From contig CAWKPH010000001.1 in the NCBI GenBank assembly GCA_963851445.1, forward strand, positions 617,363 to 681,362: a stretch of DNA of 64,000 bases, in the 5' to 3' direction. The notes beneath the pieces were generated by a model. It searched no databases. It was given only the letters and a program-made list of their open reading frames with translations, and was not told the origin of the DNA. Made by a program: the position numbers and the translations under genes. This DNA comes from an uncultured bacterium. Lineage in GTDB: Bacteria; Patescibacteriota; Minisyncoccia; Phycocordibacterales; Phycocordibacteraceae. Positions within the stretch are counted from its first letter, which is position 1. Each line of letters begins with the position of its first letter. Below are positions 9,939-19,033 of the stretch, one piece after another.

Positions 9939-12269
9939 ATGCAAAACGCTATACAGTCATCAATGCTCGCATATTTGGAGAAGGGATTCTCCGTCATTCC
10001 TATTGGCAGCGACAAGAAGCCACTCATTCCAACATGGAAAGAGTATCAATCCAAGCATCCGACCAAGGAAGAAATCACTAAATGGTGCAGTACGCTCAAT
10101 CCAGTGGGTATAGGTATCGTCACAGGCAAGATCTCAGGAATTGCAGTTTTGGATATAGACGTAGGCGCTGATACCAGCAGCCTGGAGTTACCATCAACGC
10201 CGAGCGTCAGAACTGGCGGTGGGGGCTGGCATCATTATTTCAAGTTTCCCTCGGGTGTTCTACTCCAAAGTTCGAATGGTTTCCGTCACAAGATGGATTT
10301 TAAGGCAGAAGGCGGCTACGTCATTGCGCCTCCTTCGCTCCATAAATCAGGGAAGCACTACGAATGGGCTGTCGCTCCCGAGGATGCGGATTATGCAGAG
10401 GTACCGTCCTGGTTGAAAGAAGAAATCGAATCAAGGGGCGGAGCCAAAAAGGATTGGAGCGCAATAACCGCTGGAGTCGCAGAAGGAGGTCGCAATAGCG
10501 CGGCCGCAGCATACATCGGCAAGCTTCTCCACGGCTTGCCTGAAGCCGACTGGGAGAGTATCGGGTGGGTTGGTGCTATTGCTTGGAATAAACAAAACAA
10601 GCCACCACTCCCAGAAAAGGAACTACGCAGCGTCTTTGATTCCATTGCGGCAACGGAAAAGAAGGGTAAGGGAGCGGACCGCGAAGATAACAGCCATGCG
10701 AGTAAGCTTATAAAACTCGTTCTAGCAACCGATGCGCTTCTTTTCCATGACCAATCTGGCGATGCCTATATCGCCTTGAACAACAGTGGCGCGGAAACAT
10801 TGAGATTGAAGTCAAAGCAGTTTAGCCACTGGCTTGCCAAGCTCAGTTGGGAAGAATACAAGAAACCAATTCGTAGTGAAGATATACGCACGGTCCTCGG
10901 GACACTGGCGGGTCTCGCCGTATTTAATGGTGAGGAGCATACACTGTATGTCCGCGTAGCTCTGAGTGGGGACGCGATTTGGTACGACCTCGGCGGCGCT
11001 GCCGTAAAAATATCGAAGGAAGGATGGGAAATCGTCGAAAATCCTCCCGTTCTCTTCCGTCGCTACCCACATCAGGAGGCGCAAGTGAGACCTGAGCGTG
11101 GAGGTTCGCTTGCGAAAATACTTGAGTTCATAAACATCAAAAATGAGTCGGAGCAATTGCTCATCATGGTTTGGTGTGTCGCAGCGATGGTGCCAGGCAT
11201 TCCGCATCCCTTCCCGATATTCCATGGACCGCAGGGGTCTGCAAAGAGTACGTGCGGGTCGGTGTTCAAACAGCTTCTCGATCCATCGCAGCTGCGTCTA
11301 TCCTCTCCTCCTGATAATCTACGTGAATTCATTCAAGTCGGGTCTCACCATTGGTTTCTCCCCATTGATAACCTCAGCAATCTCTACGAATGGCTTTCCG
11401 ATGCACTGTGCCGTGCGTGCACTGGCGAGGGGTTTAGCAAACGCGAACTCTATTCGGACGACGACGATGTCGTGTACTCGTTCCAGAATATTGGAAGCCT
11501 TAACGGCATCAACTTGGTAGTCGAGAAACCAGACCTCATGGAGCGATGTGTGATTTTCGGTCTTGAGAAGGTCGAGAGGGTTCAGAATCTAGCAAGTTTC
11601 AATGAACGCTTCAAGGAGGTTAAGCCCTTCATTCTAGGGGCGATGCTCGATACGCTCGTCGGTGCATTGCAGCGGGTCGATGATATTCCCGTGGAGAACC
11701 AGTTCCGCATGTCTGACTTCGCCCGCTGGGGCTGCGCCATCGCAGAGGCTCTCGGATACGAAGCCAAGGATTTCATCAGCACGTACCAGTCGAATATAGG
11801 GCTCCAGCACCAAGAAGCAGTCGATGCGAGCCCAGTAGCCCAGGCGATTGAGATGCTTATGGAGGCACAGGACGAGTGGCGTGGCACACCTACGGAACTT
11901 TATAACGAGCTTGAAAAGATAGCCGCTGACCAGCATCTCGATAAGAAAGCAAAGACCTGGCCGAATGCAGCAAGCTGGATGTGGCGTCGCATAACGCCCA
12001 TCGCCAGCAATCTTCTTGCGCGAGGAATTAGTATAGGTCGCTCAAGTGGAAAAGAGAGAGTAGTCATTCTCACCAAGGTCGGAGGGAATGCTGTAGATGC
12101 TGTCATTGGCACCGATGGAGCAGAAAACATATGGGAAACCGACGACAGCATCGGTAGCGTTGCTGCCAACTATGCTGACGGCGAAGACCAGCAGGAGCCG
12201 CTTGAGTTCGACAGCACGACAGCATCGACAGCATTTTTGGAGGAAAGTAGCGATGGATGGGGTGATTAA
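9939..12269 (+). CDS. bifunctional DNA primase/polymerase (Prim-Pol) N-terminal domain fused to P-loop (D5/VirE-like) NTPase domain; element replication protein
   Basis: Prim-Pol-like N-terminus (GFSVIPIGSDKKPLIPTWKEY…GIGIVTG…AVLDIDV…GGWHHYFKF…GGYVIAPPSLHKSGKHYEW). Walker A motif GPQGSAKST near residue 450. The start is taken at the Met at 9939, after the inverted repeat. Confidence 0.7.
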   Translation: MQNAIQSSMLAYLEKGFSVIPIGSDKKPLIPTWKEYQSKHPTKEEITKWCSTLNPVGIGIVTGKISGIAVLDIDVGADTSSLELPSTPSVRTGGGGWHHYFKFPSGVLLQSSNGFRHKMDFKAEGGYVIAPPSLHKSGKHYEWAVAPEDADYAEVPSWLKEEIESRGGAKKDWSAITAGVAEGGRNSAAAAYIGKLLHGLPEADWESIGWVGAIAWNKQNKPPLPEKELRSVFDSIAATEKKGKGADREDNSHASKLIKLVLATDALLFHDQSGDAYIALNNSGAETLRLKSKQFSHWLAKLSWEEYKKPIRSEDIRTVLGTLAGLAVFNGEEHTLYVRVALSGDAIWYDLGGAAVKISKEGWEIVENPPVLFRRYPHQEAQVRPERGGSLAKILEFINIKNESEQLLIMVWCVAAMVPGIPHPFPIFHGPQGSAKSTCGSVFKQLLDPSQLRLSSPPDNLREFIQVGSHHWFLPIDNLSNLYEWLSDALCRACTGEGFSKRELYSDDDDVVYSFQNIGSLNGINLVVEKPDLMERCVIFGLEKVERVQNLASFNERFKEVKPFILGAMLDTLVGALQRVDDIPVENQFRMSDFARWGCAIAEALGYEAKDFISTYQSNIGLQHQEAVDASPVAQAIEMLMEAQDEWRGTPTELYNELEKIAADQHLDKKAKTWPNAASWMWRRITPIASNLLARGISIGRSSGKERVVILTKVGGNAVDAVIGTDGAENIWETDDSIGSVAANYADGEDQQEPLEFDSTTASTAFLEESSDGWGD

Positions 12270-12703
12270 TGCCTATGACGAGAATCAACCGCACAGGCAT
12301 CAGCAAGCATATGCCATACACCATAAAAGAACTCACCGGTTTGTTGCATAAAAGCGAAAAGACGCTCGAACGGTGGATGGGCGCTGGCTTGCCAATCGTC
12401 CCTGGCGGTAAAAATCCAATCTTGATACTGGGCGACGACCTCATTGAGTTTCTCAAAAACAAAGATGCGAAACATAAGGTGAAGTTGAAACGAAATGAAT
12501 TTCTTTGCATGAAATGCAAACTACCGCGTCTCGCAAAAAGGGGCACACTCAAGATTCTGAGTGATAGAAAAGAAGGCAACTGCTGTGTCTGTAACAGCAA
12601 AATGAGCAAGCTAATTAAATCTCGTAGGAACCTACTATCTGATACCGCTGTCCCTGATATAAATGTCGGTTTTGACGACCCTCCGCCATCGCCCCTGGTA
12701 TGA
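12269..12703 (+). CDS. small zinc-ribbon/HTH-like protein
   Basis: 144 aa with CMKC…CCVCNSK Cys pairs. Its start overlaps the prim-pol stop (TAATG). Confidence 0.4.
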   Translation: MPMTRINRTGISKHMPYTIKELTGLLHKSEKTLERWMGAGLPIVPGGKNPILILGDDLIEFLKNKDAKHKVKLKRNEFLCMKCKLPRLAKRGTLKILSDRKEGNCCVCNSKMSKLIKSRRNLLSDTAVPDINVGFDDPPPSPLV

Positions 12704-13854
12704 CAAAAACCACCTATCAAAATGAGCAATTAAAGAGAGCCTTCTTCACCTACCTACGAGGTGCGAAGGGCTTTGAGAAAAGCTCTATTCACTCATATGC
12801 AGAAGCAGTCTGGCAATGGCAACTCTTTTCGGACGGCGATGACTTTGCCAGTTTTGATGAGTCAAAGGCATTAGCGTTTAAGGAATGGCTCTCCACTCGA
12901 CCGACCAAGACCAAGGCGGGGCGGCTCAGTCTTGCCACCCAATATAACTATCTCCGTCGCGTGAAGCGCTTTTTCTCATGGCTTTCGGATCGTCCTGGCT
13001 TCAAGAATAAGATACTGAAGGGTGATGTTGAGTTCCTACGCCTATCCAACAAGGACGCTCTTATAGCCCGATCTGGCTCGACCAGAGCCAATCCAACTCT
13101 TGAAGAAGCAAGAAAGCTTATCGAGGGCATTGAAATAAAAAATGAGGTAGACCAGCGGGATAGGGCACTCATCAGCTTTGCCGCAATCACTGGCTGCCGC
13201 ATCTCCGCCCTCATTTCCCTTAGGATGAAGAATTTTGATAAGGAAAAACGCTTGGTGTCCCAAAATCCCGGCGATGGTGTTCATACCAAGGATTCCAAGA
13301 AAATACTCACGCCATTGTATCCAATAGGATGGGACGCGCCTGAGCAGTACTTCATGGAGTGGTTCGAGCATCGTGAGGCAACGGGCTCTCAAGCAGACGA
13401 CCCTATATTCCCAGCAACGGTCGGTGAGATTGGTCGCGTTAAACCAGCTCACGGTAGCGGATTCGTCGGAAATGTTTTTTGGAGCAACCCATCGGGAGCC
13501 CGTAAGGTATTCCAGAAGAGGTGTATGGAAGCGGGCGTGCCGTATTTTCATCCTCACTCGTTTCGACACTTGGCCGTAAGCGTCATGGCAAAAATACCCC
13601 TTACCGAAGAACAGAAGCGTGCCTTTAGCATCACGCTCGGTCATGCCAATGTCACCACCACGTTCGGCTCCTATTGCAGCCGAAACATGAGCAATGAGGA
13701 AGCAGTCCAAATCGTCGAACAGATTAAGGCTTTTGAAGCAAAAGAGGCAGTAAGTGGTCCCACTTTCACGAATGAAGACCGTGCTACTTTAATGGGACTT
13801 TTAGAGAAAATGAAGGCTGCGGAAATCCCCACAACCCCCGATTTGGTCGGTTGA
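12700..13854 (+). CDS. tyrosine site-specific recombinase/integrase (phage integrase family)
   Basis: Catalytic-domain pattern: …TGCRISALISLRMKNF… HPHSFRHLAVSVM… LGHANVTTTFGSY (R…HxxR…Y). Confidence 0.8.
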   Translation: MTKTTYQNEQLKRAFFTYLRGAKGFEKSSIHSYAEAVWQWQLFSDGDDFASFDESKALAFKEWLSTRPTKTKAGRLSLATQYNYLRRVKRFFSWLSDRPGFKNKILKGDVEFLRLSNKDALIARSGSTRANPTLEEARKLIEGIEIKNEVDQRDRALISFAAITGCRISALISLRMKNFDKEKRLVSQNPGDGVHTKDSKKILTPLYPIGWDAPEQYFMEWFEHREATGSQADDPIFPATVGEIGRVKPAHGSGFVGNVFWSNPSGARKVFQKRCMEAGVPYFHPHSFRHLAVSVMAKIPLTEEQKRAFSITLGHANVTTTFGSYCSRNMSNEEAVQIVEQIKAFEAKEAVSGPTFTNEDRATLMGLLEKMKAAEIPTTPDLVG

Positions 13855-13886
13855 CATCTATGTACAACTAGGAGTATGCTTTACGT

Positions 13887-14072
13887 ATGAAATTCTTAAC
13901 GAGAGAAGAAGTAGCCAAGTACCTGCGCGTGCATCCCCGCACCATCGAACGCTGGCTCAAAAGCGGGACCTTGAAGGGATATAAGCTAGGAACCGGAAAG
14001 ACTTCTTTGTGGCGAATATCGGAAGATGAGTTAAAGAAGTTTTTGGAGAAGAATAAAGCTAAACCAATATGA
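13887..14072 (+). CDS. small HTH DNA-binding protein (excisionase/MerR-like)
   Basis: 61 aa (LTREEVAKYLRVHPRTIERWLKSGTLKGYKLG), a typical HTH_17/Xis-like fold. Overlaps the recombinase start. Confidence 0.55.
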   Translation: MKFLTREEVAKYLRVHPRTIERWLKSGTLKGYKLGTGKTSLWRISEDELKKFLEKNKAKPI

Positions 14073-15787
14073 ACCAACCAACAACCATTCGTTATGACGT
14101 GTATCTGCGAAGGTCCAGCAGCGATGCAGAGGATAAGCAGGTTCAATCAATTCCCGACCAGCGACGGGAGCTGAACGAGTACATCGCAAGAAACAACCTC
14201 ACCATCGTCGGAGAGTTCGAGGAATCGCAAAGTGCTCACCATCCCGGCAGACCAGTGTTCAACGAGGTCATGGGGCGTATTGAGAAAGGAGTCTCGAACG
14301 GGTTGCTCGTGTGGCACGCCAATCGTACCTCAAGAAATCCTGTAGACAGCGGCGCTATTATCAACCTTATCGACGAAGGCAAGCTCTTTCATGTCAGAAC
14401 GCCTTCCCACATATACGGCAACACCTCTACAGAAAAGATGATGCTCGCGCTTGAGTGTATGATCGCCAAAAAGGACTCGGACGATAAGAGTGACGCGGTG
14501 AAGCGAGGGCTCCGTGGCCGCTACAAAAAAGGACTCCCGAACGGTGTTGCTCCCATCGGCTTCATTAACGATGTTTCCGTTGAGAAGGGCAATCGTGGCT
14601 GGCTCGTGGATGAGGAGAAGTTCCCGCTCATTGCTCAAGTCTTGGAACTCTTTCACACGGGCAAATATTCGACCAGAGCGTTGCTTCGAATCGCTAACGA
14701 TGAGATGGGACTGCGTACGCCGCAGCACAAGAAACAAGGTGGAAAGAAACTTGTGTATTCGCACTTTATGGAGACCGTGCTCCAGAATCCAGTGTATGCA
14801 GGATTCTTCTTTGCAGATACTGATACGGAAAAAGGTAAAAAGTTTGAACTCGATGCGAGAGTGCCGCGAGCTATCAGCGAGGAGACGTACTGGGAGAATC
14901 AGAAGATACTCGGAAACAAAGGACGAGCGCGACCTTCGAAGAACAAAACATCCTTCGCCTATGTTGGACCGACGACATGCGGCGGGTGCGATGGCGTGGT
15001 GACGGCCGAGCATAAGTACCAGGTCATTTGCGACTGTAAGCTCAAGTTCTATTATATGAATAAAACAGAGTGCCCGGGATGCGGCGTCGCGATAGATAAA
15101 ATGGTAAATCCGCTCTATCTCCACTACGTTTACTACCACTGCACCCGTACCAAAGATCCGACGTGCCGCGAGGGCAGCGTCCAGGAGCTCTACATCGACG
15201 ACACACTCGCTTCGTACTTCAAGGAGAACTTCAAAATCTCACAGTCCTTGCACGACTGGTGCATAGAGAACCTTGAGACCCTCGATATTAAGGATGCAAA
15301 GAATGATGTCGAGAAAACAGCATCGCTGGAGACCACGCTTTCCAAGAAGCAGCATGAGCAGAGGGAACTCGTGCTAATGAAGGCACGCGGACTTCTTGCT
15401 GACGATGCTGAGTTCCTTGAGTTGAAAGGCATCCTGAAGGCAGAAATTGACGTGCTAGAGCAAGCTTTGGCCAAGAATGGAAAACCTATAGACCCAGCGA
15501 AAATCAAGAAGGCTCGCAGAGCGTTTGACCTCTCCCTTGGTATAGAAGAAATCTTCAAAAGTGGTACCCCAGAGGAGAAAAAAGACACCCTACTGGAAAT
15601 CGGATCGAACCTAACTATAAAAGCCAAAACACTCACTGTTTACAACAGCGGAGTGTATAAAAAGATTATAGATGGCCTACTTACCGCCAAGGCGATAAAT
15701 CCTTCGTTCGAACCTGAAAATTGTGAGGCAGATGCTGAACGAAATCCTGTTTTTGCCTCTGTGTTTCCTACTCTGCTCCGCGGGTAG
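14069..15787 (+). CDS. large serine recombinase (resolvase N-domain + recombinase domain + zinc ribbon)
   Basis: Resolvase catalytic N-terminus (YDVYLRRSSSDAED…), then a recombinase domain and Cys-rich zinc ribbon (CGGCDG…CDC…CPGCG), then a coiled-coil tail. The stop codon lies inside the tRNA-derived repeat. Confidence 0.8.
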   Translation: MNQPTTIRYDVYLRRSSSDAEDKQVQSIPDQRRELNEYIARNNLTIVGEFEESQSAHHPGRPVFNEVMGRIEKGVSNGLLVWHANRTSRNPVDSGAIINLIDEGKLFHVRTPSHIYGNTSTEKMMLALECMIAKKDSDDKSDAVKRGLRGRYKKGLPNGVAPIGFINDVSVEKGNRGWLVDEEKFPLIAQVLELFHTGKYSTRALLRIANDEMGLRTPQHKKQGGKKLVYSHFMETVLQNPVYAGFFFADTDTEKGKKFELDARVPRAISEETYWENQKILGNKGRARPSKNKTSFAYVGPTTCGGCDGVVTAEHKYQVICDCKLKFYYMNKTECPGCGVAIDKMVNPLYLHYVYYHCTRTKDPTCREGSVQELYIDDTLASYFKENFKISQSLHDWCIENLETLDIKDAKNDVEKTASLETTLSKKQHEQRELVLMKARGLLADDAEFLELKGILKAEIDVLEQALAKNGKPIDPAKIKKARRAFDLSLGIEEIFKSGTPEEKKDTLLEIGSNLTIKAKTLTVYNSGVYKKIIDGLLTAKAINPSFEPENCEADAERNPVFASVFPTLLRG

Positions 15788-15808
15788 GATTCGAACCTAC
15801 GAACCTAC
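15775..15808 (-). repeat. att-like direct repeat: partial copy of tRNA 3' end (T-arm+acceptor)
   Basis: gctccgcgggtaggattcgaacctacgaacc matches gctccgcgggtagggatcgaacctacgacc at 24822-24851 (about 27/30). It contains the T-loop GGTTCGAATCC on the minus strand. Confidence 0.65.
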
Positions 15809-15937
15809 ATTTTCTGGGAATGGAAATCCATTTAGGAAGTACGGCAAATATCAAGTAAGTGCGAGAGATTATTAGCAAAAGTGCAATTACCACTGATACC
15901 CACACATCATCAAAACTAACCAACTCTTATCACTTCT

Positions 15938-15960
15938 AGGGCAACCCATGGGCAACCATG
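15938..15960. repeat. GGGCAACC tandem repeat (candidate integrase arm-type site), left arm
   Basis: gggcaacccatgggcaaccatgg, about 155 bp from the att core. A near-identical copy (gggcaacccgtgggcaaccactgg) lies at 24688-24712, about 130 bp from the other core. Confidence 0.45.
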
Positions 15961-16107
15961 GACATTACCAACAAAGAGCAGTACATCAGAGTGATAAAAG
16001 TTGAATCTTCAAACGCTGCTTCGCAGTGGTTCTTACTATTGCTGCTGGCTCAAACAATGCTCCCGCCCGGAAGCACGTTCTGTCCCAAGGAGCTATACTT
16101 AGACGTA

Positions 16108-16325
16108 TGAAAATGCACGAACTATTTTCCAAGACAGAGGTAGATGGACGTTTTGAAGCACAAATTGACATGGTTCTTGTGAACGGAAAAGAAATAAAAA
16201 AGGGGCAAAAAGTAGACCTCGATAGCTTAGGTCTTGATTCTTATTTTGACGACGAAGCTTCTGTAGGAGGCCAAATTGCAAATGGAGTGTTTTGTTGGAG
16301 TGGTACCGTACGCAGCGATGTTTGA
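16108..16325 (+). CDS. small hypothetical protein
   Basis: 72-aa ORF from an internal Met of the 16026..16325 ORF. No motif was recognised. Confidence 0.2.
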
Positions 16326-16330
16326 CCGTT

Positions 16331-17482
16331 CTATAATGGCTTTCTTACATCCGGACTTGGAACGTACCCGTAGTGCCTGAGAGCACCATTCAAAGTATTA
16401 AAGAACTCTGGATCAGGCGCAGGGTACTTTGGATGAGGAATAATCACACCCATACTCTCACCTTGCTCTGCCTCGTTCTCGCTCTGATAGTGATAAGAGA
16501 AGTTGGTAAAGAAAGCTGCATTTAAAGGATAGTCACCTGGGTCAAGTCCTTTTAGCTTTTTGGTTACCATCGTCTTTGCTTCTTGAACCCAAGGCTTTTC
16601 ATCCAATGCAACATTTGGAGTAGCAGGTAAGTTTACGTCTATGAAAATTGCGAAAGGAACGTCTTTCGGATTTTGAGTGAGGGCTTCGTTGAAAGTTCTT
16701 CTCATTCGTGCCGAGAGCTCTTCCACGGGGCTTCCTTCTTCGTGTATCACTCCAGCTCTGTGCTTGCTCTTAACCTCCACAGCGAGCGTAAAACCGGTTT
16801 CTCTGTGTTTAGCAACAAACTCACAATGCTTATTCTTACTATTTACATCTGTCCATTCGATGTCACAACCCATCCTTGAGAAAATAGCTGCTATTGCGAT
16901 TTCGTAACGAGCACCTTGATACTCTCGACGTGATTTCAAACGCTGAAGTAATGTCTCTGGCAATATGTTCTTCTGAACGAGACTGCTTACATCAAAAGCG
17001 AGCAAAAGTAATGATTTAACATACCCGTCCGGCATTGCGTTTAAGGGTCCATCTAAAGGTATGTTTCCTATACGTGCTCTCTCACGCAGTATCCACTCAC
17101 CAGTTTTTGCTAGGCATAAAGCGATGTAGTGCCGCTCATTGAGAGGAAGTTTCATTTGTTCTTCCCACCACTCGACTCCCAAGGTGCGTTTCAGCACATC
17201 CACTAAGAACTCATGGAAGGTCTGATTTACATCGTTAGAAGTGTAGATTGCACTTCCAAAAGCCCATACTTTCTTGCCATTAAAGATTACTGGCTCGACG
17301 TAGTGATCAAAGAGACCTGCTTGATGTCGAAGATCTCGTTCCGCTTGTTGTTTCTGGAAAAACTCGATAACTTCTTTGGGTATGGTAGGGGCAGGAGCCG
17401 TATCTTTATTCCAGCAACAATTTTTATACTTTATTCCGCTCCCGCAGTGACACGGAAGATTTCTGTCAGATCCTTTACCCAT
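16331..17482 (-). CDS. SEC-C motif-containing hypothetical protein
   Basis: N-terminal CHCGSGIKYKNCC (SEC-C metal-binding motif). The remaining ~350 aa have no recognisable catalytic motif. Confidence 0.55.
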   Translation of the reverse strand: MGKGSDRNLPCHCGSGIKYKNCCWNKDTAPAPTIPKEVIEFFQKQQAERDLRHQAGLFDHYVEPVIFNGKKVWAFGSAIYTSNDVNQTFHEFLVDVLKRTLGVEWWEEQMKLPLNERHYIALCLAKTGEWILRERARIGNIPLDGPLNAMPDGYVKSLLLLAFDVSSLVQKNILPETLLQRLKSRREYQGARYEIAIAAIFSRMGCDIEWTDVNSKNKHCEFVAKHRETGFTLAVEVKSKHRAGVIHEEGSPVEELSARMRRTFNEALTQNPKDVPFAIFIDVNLPATPNVALDEKPWVQEAKTMVTKKLKGLDPGDYPLNAAFFTNFSYHYQSENEAEQGESMGVIIPHPKYPAPDPEFFNTLNGALRHYGYVPSPDVRKPL

Positions 17483-17662
17483 ACCTACAATTTACTCCTT
17501 TTAACTCTTGATGCTAGGACGGGGAATGGCCTTCACTCCTATTATCTATATGAGAGTGTAGGGCAATCATTTTGTCTGAGAAGATTGTGACAGAACTTGA
17601 CAAAACACCTAAATATGTGTAATATCGTATACGGCTACAAGTCCCTTTACAAAAGGTTCAAC

Positions 17663-17751
17663 CAATCGAGACGAGCTTTTTACGGCTTACCTTCAGTGCG
17701 CAAGTTCTGGACGATTTTTACAACTAGGCCGTAAAAAGCTCGTCTCGATGT
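17663..17751. promoter_or_regulatory. long inverted repeat (21-bp stems: tcgagacgagctttttacggc / gccgtaaaaagctcgtctcga) in divergent intergenic region upstream of DGR target gene
   Basis: Perfect stems separated by about 38 nt. Located between the divergent genes 16331..17482(-) and 17761..18525(+). Confidence 0.45.
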
Positions 17752-17760
17752 GAGACAGAC

Positions 17761-18525
17761 GTGTCCGACGTATTCGGGCTATGGAGACCTTCGATGTCCA
17801 ACATCGACACTCTCGACAAGGCTACCAGTATTCTCGGCACCTGCATCAGGCTGGTGCGCTTGCTCGCTACGGGCGGCGCCACTATCGACCAGCTGCAAGC
17901 GCCCATCAGCATCAAGAGCAAGCGCGAAAACCTGCTGGCCTACCTCGCCGCCGACTGTCCCAAGTTCACGATCGAAGGCGGTGTCGCCATCGCTAAGGCG
18001 CCCAAAGCGCCGAAGCTTCCCGGCAGCGATCGCGTGAAAATCGTCAATAAGACGACCATCAAGGTCAACTGCGGTGCCGATTCCAAGCTCCCGTTCAACG
18101 GAGCCGTGATCGATACCAACTCGGGCGACCGCTGGGTCACGGTCCAAAAGCGCGGCGACGATCTCTATGTCGACGACGTGAAGGTCGACCTGCACCTCGA
18201 CGAAGGCCAGCAAAACGGCAAGGTGTTGCAAGGCCACAAGCTGCGCACCGCCCTCGCTAAGATGACGTCGGTTCATCCGAACGTCATCGACGCCGCCATC
18301 GAACATGGCCTGATGCCGGAAAGCTGGAAAGTGGATGAAAACGGCAAGACCCGCTTCATCTTCTCCTTCGCCGTCATCTTCCGCGACCCGACGCGCGACG
18401 ACCTGTGCGTCCGGTTCTGGTACTGGCGCGAGGGTCGCTGGCAGTCGAACTACCGCTGGCTCTACGATGGCTGGTACGGCATCAGCCCCACGGCCGTGCT
18501 CGGCAAGGTTGAACCTAAGGCCTAA
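17761..18525 (+). CDS. DGR target protein (putative C-type-lectin-fold variable protein) with C-terminal variable repeat
   Basis: The C-terminal ~40 codons (…DPTRDDLCVRFWYWREGRWQSNYRWLYDGWYGISPTAVLG) are homologous to the downstream TR. The region is markedly GC-rich. The real start may be the Met at 17797. Confidence 0.7.
   Translation: MSDVFGLWRPSMSNIDTLDKATSILGTCIRLVRLLATGGATIDQLQAPISIKSKRENLLAYLAADCPKFTIEGGVAIAKAPKAPKLPGSDRVKIVNKTTIKVNCGADSKLPFNGAVIDTNSGDRWVTVQKRGDDLYVDDVKVDLHLDEGQQNGKVLQGHKLRTALAKMTSVHPNVIDAAIEHGLMPESWKVDENGKTRFIFSFAVIFRDPTRDDLCVRFWYWREGRWQSNYRWLYDGWYGISPTAVLGKVEPKA
18379..18506 (+). repeat. DGR variable repeat (VR)
   Basis: 128 bp aligned with the TR at an offset of +521. 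About 16 mismatches, every one at a position where the TR has A. Confidence 0.8.
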
Positions 18526-18579
18526 GCTCCTCGGGTCTCTCAGACTCTTAGGACTTAGTTCTGCATTTTGGGCTCCGCA

Positions 18580-18625
18580 TTTCGTCATCGCGACGGGTGC
18601 GGAGCTTTTCTTTTGCACCACAAGG
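18580..18625 (+). terminator. GC-rich hairpin + T-run downstream of VR/target gene (terminator and/or DGR homing-associated stem-loop)
   Basis: gggctccgca…tgcggagc stem followed by ttttcttttg. It lies about 75 nt after the VR end. Confidence 0.45.
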
Positions 18626-18899
18626 GCATTTCTATTTCTAAATCGCTTCGCTCAAAACAAAATAATGTCATATAGTAGAAACGGTAGTAGGCGAGTACGG
18701 AAGCGATTACGGTTGCTTCCTGCCGAATCCAGTATCCATAGACCGAGAGCGTTTCTGATTACGATTTCAAACGGAGAGGTGTATGTAGAAACTTCAAAAA
18801 TGAAGATACTTGGTGCGAAGCGCTAGGGCATTGCGATGCCGAATACGATTCAACCCGGAGAGTACTCGATGGGTGGTGGCACAGATGGCGCTCCGCACA

Positions 18900-19027
18900 T
18901 TCCGCAACCCGACGAACGACAACCTGTACGTCCGGTACTGGTACTGGAACGAGGGTCGCTGGCAGTCGAACTACAACTGGCTCAACAATGACTGGAACGG
19001 CAACAACCCCACGGCCGTGCTCGGCAA
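18900..19027 (+). repeat. DGR template repeat (TR), non-coding
   Basis: Adenine-rich template (AAC codons in the VR frame). It differs from the VR only at TR adenines. The 3' 21 bp (ccccacggccgtgctcggcaa) are identical in VR and TR. Confidence 0.8.
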
Positions 19028-19033
19028 CTCTCT

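Larger units (their letters stand above)
9870..15808. mobile_element. integrative element A (tandem to element B): prim-pol replication protein, Zn-ribbon protein, tyrosine integrase, HTH protein, large serine recombinase; right end = tRNA-3'-end-derived repeat
   Basis: The gene content is typical of integrative/mobilisable elements. The right boundary is the att-like repeat at 15775-15808. The left boundary is uncertain; the candidate is 9870-9882, which shares an 11-mer with the att flank. Confidence 0.5.

Noticed and set aside
15799-15812. Tandem gaacctac-gaacctac as a possible CRISPR or repeat array
   Set aside because: It is only a 2-unit local duplication inside the att repeat. No spacer-repeat periodicity occurs anywhere in the window.
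17779-18621. 280-aa minus-strand ORF overlapping the DGR target gene, plus similar long antisense ORFs at 13042..13710, 14330..15139, 37870..38481 and 20002..20532
   Set aside because: They lie antisense to genes that have clear family motifs. Long open antisense frames are expected in GC-rich stretches, and these show no motifs of their own.
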